Notes: generated by a model not told the origin, from the letters alone. A stretch of DNA of 64,000 nt from Dehalococcoidia bacterium (GCA_965248975.1 CBDFKU010000015.1:16916-80915); one strand, 5' to 3'; counted from the first letter of the stretch, positions 8,533 to 17,544 are shown. Translations and numbers: made by a program.

Positions 8533-9573
8533 ATGGCCGACACGGCCCCGGCGCTGAAGGTACTCCTGATCGAGGACGATCCCGACGACGCCTTCCTAGT
8601 ACGGGAGACGCTGTCGGAAACCAGAGGTGTGAGGATCGACCTGGAGGTCGTCGACCGTCTCTCCCCGGGACTGGCCCGTCTGTCAACAGGTGACATCGAC
8701 GTGGCCCTGCTGGACCTTTCCCTACCCGATAGTCACGGCCTGGACGGACTCGCGGAGGCCCATTCAAAGGCGCCCAATGTACCGATCATCATCCTTACCG
8801 GCCTCAACGACGAGTCACTGGCTATCGAAGCGGTGCGCAAGGGTGCCCAAGACTACCTGGTAAAGGGCCAGTTCGGCGCCCTGCTGCTGGAGAGGTCTTT
8901 GCTATACGCTAGGGAGCGCAACCGGCTGTTAAGAAACCTGGAAGCACGAATGAAGGATCTGCGCGCCAGCGAAGACCGTCTGCGCAAAGTCATTCGAAAC
9001 AACGCCGACGGGATCGTAATTCTCGATACGTCTGGAACGGTCCGGCTTGCCAACCCGGCAGCGGCCGCGATCCTTCAGCGTGACCCCAATGTTTTGTCCA
9101 TGGTCTCCTCCAGTTTTCCCGTGGCAGCTCAGGAAACCAGGGAGCTTACCGTCGGCGACCCCGAAGACGCCCAGACGATCGTAGAGATGCGGGTGGTGGA
9201 AACGGACTGGGAAGACGAACCCGCTTACCTTGCTACGCTGCGCGACGTGACGGAGCGAAAGAGGATTCTGGAGGAGAACGCCCGGCTGGAGATGCTGGTC
9301 CAGACCGCCAGGGCCCTTACGCATCATATTCGGAACGCGTTGAGCCCGATCATAGGTCGCGCCGAGGCATTCGACGAGAGTACGCCAGGAGCGGCCACCA
9401 ACCTGAAGACCAGCGCCCTTGCCGGAGCCCGGAGGATCGAGGCCGTGCTGGACGCCGTCACCGAGATGGCGAAAAGTGGGAACGTCGGCCTGACCGAATA
9501 TCCGGGAGCGCAAAACATGCTAGACATAGAGCCTTCGATCCGGCGTCACATGAAGGATGGCTTGGGGGAGTAA
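8533..9573 (+). CDS. response-regulator receiver + PAS + HisKA-like (DHp) helix protein lacking an ATPase domain
   Basis: 346 aa. KVLLIEDDPDD...LLDLSLPDSHG...IIILTG...YLVKG receiver, a PAS-like middle part, and an H-box-like ARALTHHIRNALSPIIGRAEAF. I could not see N/G1/G2 boxes after it. Confidence 0.8.
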   Translation: MADTAPALKVLLIEDDPDDAFLVRETLSETRGVRIDLEVVDRLSPGLARLSTGDIDVALLDLSLPDSHGLDGLAEAHSKAPNVPIIILTGLNDESLAIEAVRKGAQDYLVKGQFGALLLERSLLYARERNRLLRNLEARMKDLRASEDRLRKVIRNNADGIVILDTSGTVRLANPAAAAILQRDPNVLSMVSSSFPVAAQETRELTVGDPEDAQTIVEMRVVETDWEDEPAYLATLRDVTERKRILEENARLEMLVQTARALTHHIRNALSPIIGRAEAFDESTPGAATNLKTSALAGARRIEAVLDAVTEMAKSGNVGLTEYPGAQNMLDIEPSIRRHMKDGLGE

Positions 9574-9815
9574 TCGGCCTCAGAGCCGGATTCCGCTGGC
9601 CCGTTCCTCCTAGCACGATCTCTACCCAACTTCACACCCAATCTACACTACATTTTAATCTGGTTTGTCATTTAATAAAGTCATAGTTACCCCGGGATCG
9701 ATAGAGACCTGTAAACCACAAGCTACACATACACAGGTGACTATCCGTCCACATATCCGCCAGCCCCCACCTGGCCTTTCCAGCAGGCCAGCACCCCAAG
9801 GGAGGACTGTTCGCC

Positions 9816-10166
9816 TTGATCAAGGTCACTGTACCCAGGGACGCCATTGTAGACGTGCACCAGGTCGAGGACAACGAGAAGGTAATTATAAAAAGGAGCC
9901 GCACCCTAGAGTGCAGTTCGGATGGGATGGAAATAGAAGCCGCTTACAAGGTGCGCGCGCGAGGCAGAGTCTCTGACGACGCTGAAGTGACCATCTTCCT
10001 CGCCGAGGCCGACGGGACGACTCCCCTCAGTAACGTCGAGATCGGCGAGCTGAACGATTGGATCAGGGTGAGCGGCGTCGTACCTGGAGCTAGCTGCAAT
10101 GGACCGACAAAAACGGTAGTTCAGACCGATGGCGATGACGACGGTGATGACGATGACAATGACTAG
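9816..10166 (+). CDS. hypothetical protein with poly-Asp/Gly acidic tail
   Basis: 116 aa. SD AAGGGAGG upstream of a TTG start. C-terminus is DGDDDGDDDDND. No recognisable family. Preferred over the overlapping Arg/Pro-rich ORF 9665-9976. Confidence 0.4.
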   Translation: MIKVTVPRDAIVDVHQVEDNEKVIIKRSRTLECSSDGMEIEAAYKVRARGRVSDDAEVTIFLAEADGTTPLSNVEIGELNDWIRVSGVVPGASCNGPTKTVVQTDGDDDGDDDDND

Positions 10167-10199
10167 TAGTCAGACGCAACGGGGTACTACACCGCCTGG

Positions 10200-10694
10200 C
10201 TAGCCCAGGCCCAGTGCGTCTCGAAGCGCGGCGAGCTGTGCGAGGTGCTCTTTCCAATGACGCAGAAACAGCCCTTCCAGCAGCTCTTGGGCCGCCATCT
10301 CCCTGGTGCGGGAGTAGGTGATGGAGTTTAGGGTCAACCTCCTGCTGGAGAGGTCGGCGTCCGTAGCGGAGGCCAGGGCCCTATCCACCCCAGAGAGCAC
10401 CGCCTCGATGTCTTCCTGGGCCCCCGCTATGTCCTTCGCCTGACGCTCGGGATCAAGGTTGCTGAGGCTCGCCGTTACCGGCAGCTCTTGTATACGGCCC
10501 TGCAAGATGCCATCAATCGCAGCGTCGATGCCTCCATCAGGTGTGTCTACCAGATGGTAGACCAGGTCCCGGGCCGACCACTCCCCATCGGACGGCTTCC
10601 AGTCGAAGCAGTAGTCCATCCCATCCAGCAGGCGGCCCAGCTCGTCCCGCAGACCTCTCACTTCCTCCAGAAAAGAGTCCCTTTGAGACGTCAT
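10200..10694 (-). CDS. DinB-family protein (second paralog)
   Basis: AGGAGG lies 7 nt upstream of ATG 10694 (the track start 10721 is a GTG inside or upstream of the SD). ARDLVYHLVD...HWKEHLAQL is a DinB-like His pattern. Confidence 0.65.
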   Translation of the reverse strand: MTSQRDSFLEEVRGLRDELGRLLDGMDYCFDWKPSDGEWSARDLVYHLVDTPDGGIDAAIDGILQGRIQELPVTASLSNLDPERQAKDIAGAQEDIEAVLSGVDRALASATDADLSSRRLTLNSITYSRTREMAAQELLEGLFLRHWKEHLAQLAALRDALGLG

Positions 10695-10781
10695 CGGGCG
10701 TCCTCCTTCCCGATTGGACACAGCTTCGAGGACGAATGCTCACTAGGTATCCGGACATCGGCCCCGTACAAAGCGACCAGG

Positions 10782-11663
10782 CTAGGAGCCATTCGTGACC
10801 GCCTTCACCATCTGCCGGACAGCCTCGGACGTATCCTGGCGCTTGAGTCCGATCTCCAGCGACGCCCTCAGGAGGCCCAAGGGAGTCCCGCCGTCGTATC
10901 GCGTCCCCCGAAGCTGGTAGGCATACATCAACTGCTCTTCCAGCAACAGCGCCATGGCGTCTGTGATCTGGATCTCGCCTTTGGCCCCGGGGGTCGTGCG
11001 CTCCAGGCAGTGGAATATCTCCGGTGTGAGCACATATCTCCCCACGATGGCCAGGTTTGAGGGCGCCTCCTCCGGCTCCGGCTTCTCAACAAGGCCTTTT
11101 ACCTGGTGAACGCCCTCACCGATGGCCCGGGAGTCCACCACTCCATAGCTTCTGACCATCTCGCGAGGCACTTCCTCGACGGCGACAACGCTGGCCCCAA
11201 AGGCGTCGAAAACGCCGAGCATCTGGCTGGTGGCCCCCTCGGCGTGCCATATCACGTCGTCGGGAAGGATGACCACCAGGGGTTCGTTGCCGACCAGCTC
11301 TTTAGCCGTTAGCACAGCGTGCCCCAGGCCCCGGGGCTGCTCCTGGGTGACGAAAGATACCTTCGCCAGGGAAGAAACTCGGCGAACCTCTTCCAGCATT
11401 CCTACCGAGCCGCTTCGCTCCAGGTGGCGCTCCAACTCGGGATCTTCCCTGAAAAAATGCTCCAGGGCGTCCTTGCCGGGAGAGGTCACCACTATGACCT
11501 CTTCGATTCCAGCCGCCGCCGCTTCCTCGACGCCGTACTGGATCAGGGGTTTATCCAGGATAGGGAGCAGCTCTTTGGGGACGGCCTTGGATGTAGGCAG
11601 AAAGCGGGTGCCCAACCCGGCGGCGGGTATGACGGCCTTGCGAACCTTCGTCTGGCCTCTCAC
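10782..11663 (-). CDS. galU: UTP--glucose-1-phosphate uridylyltransferase
   Basis: KAVIPAAGLGTRFLPTSKAVPKELLPILDKPLIQY...VEKP. Start is taken at GTG 11663. The 495-aa track ORF extends it with an Ala-rich antisense artefact. Confidence 0.88.
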   Translation of the reverse strand: MRGQTKVRKAVIPAAGLGTRFLPTSKAVPKELLPILDKPLIQYGVEEAAAAGIEEVIVVTSPGKDALEHFFREDPELERHLERSGSVGMLEEVRRVSSLAKVSFVTQEQPRGLGHAVLTAKELVGNEPLVVILPDDVIWHAEGATSQMLGVFDAFGASVVAVEEVPREMVRSYGVVDSRAIGEGVHQVKGLVEKPEPEEAPSNLAIVGRYVLTPEIFHCLERTTPGAKGEIQITDAMALLLEEQLMYAYQLRGTRYDGGTPLGLLRASLEIGLKRQDTSEAVRQMVKAVTNGS

Positions 11664-11900
11664 GGGCGCTATTCTACCACCTCCCGTTCCTGGTGGACAA
11701 GAAATTGCCCTTCCGAGAGGTCGGCGACACATTGCCTCAACAGGGAAGGCGTTAGACGCGAGCTGGCTGGGGAGCCCCTCTTCACCTCGCGACAAAACCG
11801 CCCTAGTTGGTATTGACTGGGAAATCGCGCCTGTGTTAAGCTCGGGAAACATAACAGGCACCAAAGCGGTGAGAATCCGCTTTATGAAAGGAGCCCCAAC

Positions 11901-12272
11901 ATGCTCGAGGTCACGTCTCCCGCCCTGGAGAAGCTGAAGGAAGTGATGGAGGAGCAGAGCGAGAGCGACGCCGCGCTGCGTGTGATAGCCGTTCCCGGTG
12001 AGAACGGCGGCGTTCAGTACATGATGACCATGGAAAAGGAGACTCAGAAGGACGACACCATCATGGATCTGAACGGCATCCGGTTCGTGATGGACTCGGA
12101 CAGCGAGCCCTTCCTGGAAGAGGCCACGATAGACTACGTGGAGGACCTGACCAGGGTCGGCTTCGTCATCAACAACCCGATGTTCTCCGGCGGCGGGTGC
12201 GGGAGCGGCTGCGGTTGTGGTGCTGGTGGCGGCGGCTGTGGCTGCGGCAGCGGGGGCTGCGGCAGCCACTAA
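11901..12272 (+). CDS. HesB/IscA-like Fe-S assembly accessory protein with Gly/Cys-rich C-terminal tail
   Basis: 123 aa. HesB-fold-like pattern (ALEKLKEVM...ALRVIAV...GIRFVMD...IDYVED..GFVINNP), then the tail SGGGCGSGCGCGAGGGGCGCGSGGCGSH. SD AAAGGAG. Confidence 0.75.
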   Translation: MLEVTSPALEKLKEVMEEQSESDAALRVIAVPGENGGVQYMMTMEKETQKDDTIMDLNGIRFVMDSDSEPFLEEATIDYVEDLTRVGFVINNPMFSGGGCGSGCGCGAGGGGCGCGSGGCGSH

Positions 12273-12300
12273 TCGGCAAGTACGCTACCCTTAGTTAGCG

Positions 12301-12340
12301 AAACAAAAGGGCTTCCCCTAGTGGGGAAGCCCTTTTGTTT
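12301..12340 (+). terminator. intrinsic terminator hairpin downstream of the HesB-like gene
   Basis: Perfect 18-bp stem AAACAAAAGGGCTTCCCC / GGGGAAGCCCTTTTGTTT with TAGT loop. The 3' arm and flank are U-rich. Symmetric, so potentially bidirectional. Confidence 0.8.
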
Positions 12341-12399
12341 GTTCAGGGTTGGTTCGTCACATATAGTCTGACGCCGTCAAAATCTGCGGCAAGTGCTCC

Positions 12400-12428
12400 T
12401 TGCCACCGGTGGATCGCGCGCCTAGAAT
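12400..12428 (+). promoter_or_regulatory. sigma70-like promoter for the MFS gene
   Basis: TTGCCA (12400-12405), 17-nt spacer, TAGAAT (12423-12428). It lies ~40 nt upstream of ATG 12470. Confidence 0.45.
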
Positions 12429-12469
12429 ACTAGTTGCATCCGAGGATACCCAGAGGACGCTCTCGACGC

Positions 12470-13765
12470 ATGGCCCATCATCACGGCCCCATCGGCTCTG
12501 AAGACCAGGCCGGGACCTCTACAGGGCGGGGATTGTTCCGCCTCCAGACCTTCTCCGCCCTGAAACACGCCAACTATCGCTACCTCTGGATCGGCGACAG
12601 CTTCAGCAGTATGGCGGGCTGGATCCAGCAGGTCACCCTCGCGCTGCTGGTGGCGGATATGACCGATTCCGCCTTCTGGGTGCTGACCGTGCTGGGAATA
12701 CGGGCTCTACCCATCCTGCTGATAGGCCCCATGGCCGGGGTGCTAGTAGACCGGCTGGACCGGAAGATGATCTTCATGGTCACCCAGCTGTTCCTGTTCG
12801 CCATAGCCTTCCTCTTCGCTGTCGGAGTGGCGGAAGACAAGGTAAACGAGTACCATGCCCTCCTCTTCAGCTTCCTCCTGGGCCTGGACATGTCCGTCAA
12901 CCGGCCGGTGCGCCTGTCCCTGATCGCCAACGTGGTCCCCAGGGAGGACCTGACCAACGCCCTCGCGCTGGAGAACTCGGCGGGGAACGTGATCCGCATG
13001 GTGGCTCCGGCTATAGGCGTGGCTCTGATCACTCCCTTCGGCATGGAGGGCAACTTCTTCATCCAGTCGGCGGCCTACCTGGCCGTGCTCTTCATCGTCC
13101 TGCCGATGCGGACCCCGTTCCGGGAGCGGGTCGACAACGAGACATCGATGACTGGAAGCTTCATCGAGGGCCTGAAATACATCAAGACCGATACAACCTT
13201 GCTGCTGCTGATCGTAATGATTATCCTGCCGTCGGTGGTGGTCCACTCCACCCAGTTCCTTCTGGTGATATTCGCCAGGGAAATCATTGCCGGAGGAGAG
13301 AAGGTCGGGCTGGCGGTGCTGCTGACATCCATGGGGGCCGGCTCCCTGATCGCCACCCTCGGCATAGCGTCGCTAGGGGATTTTCAGAAGAAGGGGCTGG
13401 TGAACATGGCGGCCCTGGTCATGACGATGGCGCTGCTCATCGCCTTTGGTCTTGCCACCAAGCTGTCATCGAACCTGGAGCTGGCGGCGGTGCTCATCGG
13501 GCTGCTGGGCCTGTTCAACATGCTTTTCCACGTCGCCAACAACGCGATAATCCAGACTCGGACTCCGGATGTCCTCCGGGGACGGGTAAGCAGCATCTAC
13601 GTGTTGGACCACGGCGTGCAACCTCTGGGCATCCCCATCATAGGCCTGCTGGCGCTGGATGGAGTGCTGGGCCCGGAAAACGCGGTGGTCGTGGCGGGGC
13701 TGTTCGCCCTGGCTGTGACGGCCTTCATCGGACTGAGGTGGCGCGGCCTGTGGCGGCTGGCCTAG
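12470..13765 (+). CDS. MFS transporter
   Basis: Multi-TM protein with an MFS-type N-terminus (ALKHANYRYLWIGDSFSSMAGW) and the loop motif GVLVDRLDRKM. ATG 12470 is preferred because the predicted -10 box overlaps the track's TTG 12434 region. Confidence 0.85.
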   Translation: MAHHHGPIGSEDQAGTSTGRGLFRLQTFSALKHANYRYLWIGDSFSSMAGWIQQVTLALLVADMTDSAFWVLTVLGIRALPILLIGPMAGVLVDRLDRKMIFMVTQLFLFAIAFLFAVGVAEDKVNEYHALLFSFLLGLDMSVNRPVRLSLIANVVPREDLTNALALENSAGNVIRMVAPAIGVALITPFGMEGNFFIQSAAYLAVLFIVLPMRTPFRERVDNETSMTGSFIEGLKYIKTDTTLLLLIVMIILPSVVVHSTQFLLVIFAREIIAGGEKVGLAVLLTSMGAGSLIATLGIASLGDFQKKGLVNMAALVMTMALLIAFGLATKLSSNLELAAVLIGLLGLFNMLFHVANNAIIQTRTPDVLRGRVSSIYVLDHGVQPLGIPIIGLLALDGVLGPENAVVVAGLFALAVTAFIGLRWRGLWRLA

Positions 13766-13768
13766 CCT

Positions 13769-15205
13769 TCAGCCGTCGTAGTAGTCGCGCCACCACTCGG
13801 GGTACTCCCGAAGTCTCAGGAAGCGGAACAGCTCGGGATGGGTCTGTACTGCTAGCTTCATGGCCTCTTCCACCGGGCCCCTTATGGAGAAATGGGCTTG
13901 AGGCTGAGTACGCAGCTTGAACAGGTGATAGCACTCCCGCAGGTTCATCTTGGCCAGCAGCCGCCTCTTGTGCGCGTGGGTGACGACGTACTGCGCGAAC
14001 ACAGGTGAGACATGGTGAATGCTCCAGAAAGCGTTTTGCACCCGCTCCATCGTCTCGACGAACACGCCTCCTAGGCCCGCTTTTTCCAGCAGGGGCGGCG
14101 TAACGTATCCGTTGGCGACGGTCAGGGGCTGGGGCAGGTAGGTCTGCATCCGGTGGCGCTTGAACTCCCGATAGGCGCCGTAGTCCATCGTGAGCTCGAA
14201 GGTGTAGTCAACCACCTCCAACTCCCTGGCCGGTGAGTCGTGGGGACCCAGGCCTTCCAGGCACTCGAAGATCGCCTGGAGACGCTGGTCCTGGTCCATG
14301 TCATCCACCTGCCGCAGCACCTGGGAGTAGGGCACTCCGGCGAAGCGGTATAGCAGGGCGGCAGCCAGCTTTAGCTCAGCCTGCTGGTCGTAGTAGACCA
14401 GGCTCACCTCAGCCCCAACGTCGCCGTCCATGTCGGTAAAAGGCTCGGAACCCTTGCGCTGGGCCTCTCCGGCGGCTACCAGGTACTCGCTCCTCTCGGC
14501 ATACTTGATCAGGGTGGGCGTAATATCACGCCCCCGATCCTTCAGATGGCCCCCCAGCTCTCTCTCCTCGGTCAGCTCCGAGGAAAGGAGCTTGCTGATG
14601 GCGTGCTCCATGAGACGGGCATTCATCGTCACGCCCACGTTGGTAAGGGTGGCCGCCGGCAGGAGGAAGCGGCAGCTGTCGGTAGCCTCGCGCCTGAGCC
14701 GGAGGGCATAGGTCGAGTCCCTCTCCCCATCCTGTTGTTGGTATGCTCCCCGAAGATACTCGATGACGCCTTCAATCATCCGTTCGTAAGCGGCGAAGAG
14801 ATAGTCACAGGTAGTTATGTAAAGTTCTTTCAGGGTAGTGGTCTGCTCGTCAAGCTCCAACGGGACATGATAGTACCCTTGGGGAAGCACCTGGTAGCGG
14901 GAGGACTTCTCGGTGTAAGAGGCCAGACGGTTGTCTTCCAGCGAGTCGCAGGCCAGGCGAGAGATGTTCTCCACAGCCATGTGGAGAACCGCGTGCTCGG
15001 CTACCGAGGCGTGCCCGTAGCCCAGAACCCACCGCTCGTGGAAGTCGGCTGCCTTCTCCTGGCTTACCTGCTGGGCTATCTCGTCGAAGGGCTCGGGCCG
15101 GCGGGAGGTCATGGCAAAGACCACCGCGAGCTGCTCTTCGGTGAGGTCCCTGGGGCTCAGGGGATATACACGGCGGGGATAGGCCGGTGTTGAGTCAGCG
15201 GGCAT
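13769..15205 (-). CDS. thyX: FAD-dependent thymidylate synthase ThyX, long double-domain form
   Basis: 478 aa. GHASVAEHAV...DNRLASYTEKSSRYQ in the N-half and EFKRHRMQTY in the C-half are ThyX-type motifs. SD GGTGGGGG. Confidence 0.75.
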   Translation of the reverse strand: MPADSTPAYPRRVYPLSPRDLTEEQLAVVFAMTSRRPEPFDEIAQQVSQEKAADFHERWVLGYGHASVAEHAVLHMAVENISRLACDSLEDNRLASYTEKSSRYQVLPQGYYHVPLELDEQTTTLKELYITTCDYLFAAYERMIEGVIEYLRGAYQQQDGERDSTYALRLRREATDSCRFLLPAATLTNVGVTMNARLMEHAISKLLSSELTEERELGGHLKDRGRDITPTLIKYAERSEYLVAAGEAQRKGSEPFTDMDGDVGAEVSLVYYDQQAELKLAAALLYRFAGVPYSQVLRQVDDMDQDQRLQAIFECLEGLGPHDSPARELEVVDYTFELTMDYGAYREFKRHRMQTYLPQPLTVANGYVTPPLLEKAGLGGVFVETMERVQNAFWSIHHVSPVFAQYVVTHAHKRRLLAKMNLRECYHLFKLRTQPQAHFSIRGPVEEAMKLAVQTHPELFRFLRLREYPEWWRDYYDG

Positions 15206-15273
15206 GGATCCCCCACCTGTACGGGTAAAGTTTCCGGTCAGTGAACCGGTCCTGTCGGCGGCCCTCGCAGAGG

Positions 15274-16500
15274 CTAGAGCAGAAGAAGAACCGGGTGTTC
15301 CAGATTCCGCTTCACTTCCACCAGGAACTGGGCGCCCTCAGCCCCGTCGGCCACACGGTGGTCCACTGAGATGGTGGCGGTCATTATCTGGGCGACGACC
15401 ACCTGCCCGTCGCGTACCACCGGCTGTTCCTTCACCGTTGCCACCGCCAGCACCGCGGCGTTGGGAGGGAATATGATGGCGGCGAAGCTATCCACGTCGA
15501 ACATGCCCAGGTTGCTTATGGCGAAGGTGCCTCCGGTGTACTCCTCGGCCCGCAGGGAGCCGCTCTGCGCCCGCTGTATGAGGTCGCTGCTGGACTGGGC
15601 GATCTCCACCAGGGATTTGTCCTGGCAGCCGCTTATGGCCGGCACGATGAGACCCTGCTCCAGGGCTATGGCGATTCCTATGTTGAACTCGGGGTTGAGC
15701 TGAAGATAGTCCTCTTGGAAAGATGCGTTGAAGTTGGGAAACTTGTCCAGCGTCTTGGCCGCCGCCTTCACAACCATGTCGTTTACGCTGACGCGGACAC
15801 CGTCCGACAAAGAGTCGTTGAGCTGCTTCCGCAGGGCCATAGCCTCGGTCATGTCTACCTGAGAGGAGACGTAGAAGTGGGGTGACTCATGCTTGCTCTG
15901 GACGGTGACCTTGGCGATGGCACGGCGCATCCGGCTGAGCTCGATCCGCCCGCCTGGTGCCGCGCTTACCGCCTGGGCGGCAGCGGCAGGGGCGGGGGCC
16001 GCCTTTTCGTGGGCAAGCAAATCGGCTTCGGTGATGCGCCCGCCAGGCCCGGTGCCGGTGACGTTGGCCAGTTCGATGCCCTTCTCGCGGGCGAGCCGCC
16101 GGGCGATGGGTGTCGCCCTGACCTCGCCTGCGGGCGCCGAGGCCGTCGCCGCGGGGGCAGGACTCGGAGGCGGTGGGGCCGCCTGAGGTGCGGCGGCGGG
16201 AGCCTCGGCCGGAGCAGCAGTGGCGGTTGCCCCCAGTTCCTCCAGGGACGGGGCCGCCTCGCCGGATTCGGTGATCACGGCGATCAGGTCACCCACCGGT
16301 ACCGCTCTCCCCTCTTCCACCACGATCCTGCCCAGAACGCCGGCTGAGTAGGCCTCCATTTCCACGGTGGCCTTGTCGGTTTCGATCTCGGCGATGACCT
16401 CGCCCCGGGACACCTCGTCCCCTTCCTTCTTTCGCCAGCGTACGACGGTACCTTCTCGCATGTCGTAGCCCATTTGAGGCATAACGATTCTGGTTGCCAA
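15274..16500 (-). CDS. pdhC: dihydrolipoamide acyltransferase (E2) of a 2-oxoacid (pyruvate/acetoin-type) dehydrogenase complex
   Basis: Lipoyl motif EIETDKATVEMEA, Ala/Pro linker, E3-binding region (ATPIARRLAREKG), catalytic DHRVADGA. TTG start with SD AAGGAGGTG. Confidence 0.92.
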   Translation of the reverse strand: MATRIVMPQMGYDMREGTVVRWRKKEGDEVSRGEVIAEIETDKATVEMEAYSAGVLGRIVVEEGRAVPVGDLIAVITESGEAAPSLEELGATATAAPAEAPAAAPQAAPPPPSPAPAATASAPAGEVRATPIARRLAREKGIELANVTGTGPGGRITEADLLAHEKAAPAPAAAAQAVSAAPGGRIELSRMRRAIAKVTVQSKHESPHFYVSSQVDMTEAMALRKQLNDSLSDGVRVSVNDMVVKAAAKTLDKFPNFNASFQEDYLQLNPEFNIGIAIALEQGLIVPAISGCQDKSLVEIAQSSSDLIQRAQSGSLRAEEYTGGTFAISNLGMFDVDSFAAIIFPPNAAVLAVATVKEQPVVRDGQVVVAQIMTATISVDHRVADGAEGAQFLVEVKRNLEHPVLLLL

Positions 16501-16572
16501 GCTCCACCTCCTTCGTTACCGTGAGAGGTCGTGTGTGTGCGATCGAGGCCGGTCTAAACCCGGCCTCCGGGA

Positions 16573-17544
16573 TCAGATCAACGATCGGGCGGCTTCCGCG
16601 ATGGCCCTGCGATTGGGGATGGCCGCCTCCTCCAGGGGAGGGGAGTAGGGCATCGGTACCTCGGCCCCGGCCAGCCTCGAAACAGGTGCATCCAGGTAGT
16701 CGAAGGCCTGCTCGTTTATCTGTGCAGCCACTTCCGCCCCGAAACCACCGGTCTTCCAGACCTCTTCCACCACCAGGGCACGGTGGGTCTTACGCACCGA
16801 GTCCAGTACGGTGGGCATGTCCAGGGGCCTGAGGCTGCGCAGGTCGACGACCTCCGCCTCGATTCCTTCCTTTGAAAGCTCCTCGGCCCCAGCCAAGGCC
16901 TCTATCACCATCCTGGAGTAGGAGACGATGGTGAGGTCCTTGCCAGAGCGTTTCACGTCTGCCGAGCCCAGGGGCACCTTGTAATGGCCCTCGGGGACAT
17001 CGCCCCGGCTACTGTACAGCCTGATATGCTCGACGAACAGCACCGGGTCGACCTCATCGCGGCAGGACCTGAAAAGGCCCAGAGCGTCGTAGGGAGTGGC
17101 CGGCGTCACGACCTTCATCCCCGGTACCGAAGCGAACCAGCCCTCGAAGTTCTGGGAGTGAGTAGCCGCCACCTGGGCGCCGCCACCGGTAACCGTACGC
17201 ACGATCAGGGGAACCGATATCTGTCCCCCGGACATGTATCGCAGCTTTGCGGCATGGTTGATAATCTGGTCCATCGCCAGCAGGCTGAAGTTGATCGTCA
17301 TCAGCTCCACGATGGGGCGAAGCCCGCCCATGGCCGCTCCTACCCCAGCTCCGACGATGCCCGACTCGGACAGCGGAGAATCCTTGATGCGCTCCGGCCC
17401 GAACTCGTCCGTGAAGCCCTTGGTCACGGCATAGGCGCCGCCGTAGGGCCCGATATCCTCCCCTACCAGGAAGACCCGCGAGTCCTCGATAAGGGCTTCC
17501 CTCAAGGCGCTGCCGACGGCTTCACGATAAGCTACCTCTGTCAT
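16573..17544 (-). CDS. pdhB: 2-oxoacid dehydrogenase E1 component beta subunit
   Basis: MTEVAYREAV...VFLVGEDIGPYGGAYAVTKGF...DSPLSESGIVG. The ATG overlaps the E1alpha stop (ATGA at 17541-17544). The 625-aa track ORF is an out-of-frame N-terminal extension. Confidence 0.92.
   Translation of the reverse strand: MTEVAYREAVGSALREALIEDSRVFLVGEDIGPYGGAYAVTKGFTDEFGPERIKDSPLSESGIVGAGVGAAMGGLRPIVELMTINFSLLAMDQIINHAAKLRYMSGGQISVPLIVRTVTGGGAQVAATHSQNFEGWFASVPGMKVVTPATPYDALGLFRSCRDEVDPVLFVEHIRLYSSRGDVPEGHYKVPLGSADVKRSGKDLTIVSYSRMVIEALAGAEELSKEGIEAEVVDLRSLRPLDMPTVLDSVRKTHRALVVEEVWKTGGFGAEVAAQINEQAFDYLDAPVSRLAGAEVPMPYSPPLEEAAIPNRRAIAEAARSLI

Noticed and set aside
9665-9976. 103-aa ORF overlapping the acidic-tail ORF
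   Set aside because: It is Arg/Pro/Gly/Gln-rich off-frame sequence beginning in the AT-rich promoter-like spacer, with no SD. The 9816-10166 frame has an SD and more protein-like composition, though it too is low confidence.
10782-12269. 495-aa minus-strand ORF that would extend galU by ~200 aa (Ala/Thr-rich N-terminus)
   Set aside because: The extension is antisense to the well-supported HesB-like gene and is low-complexity GC-rich shadow sequence. The GalU homology begins at about residue 203, so the start is set at GTG 11663.
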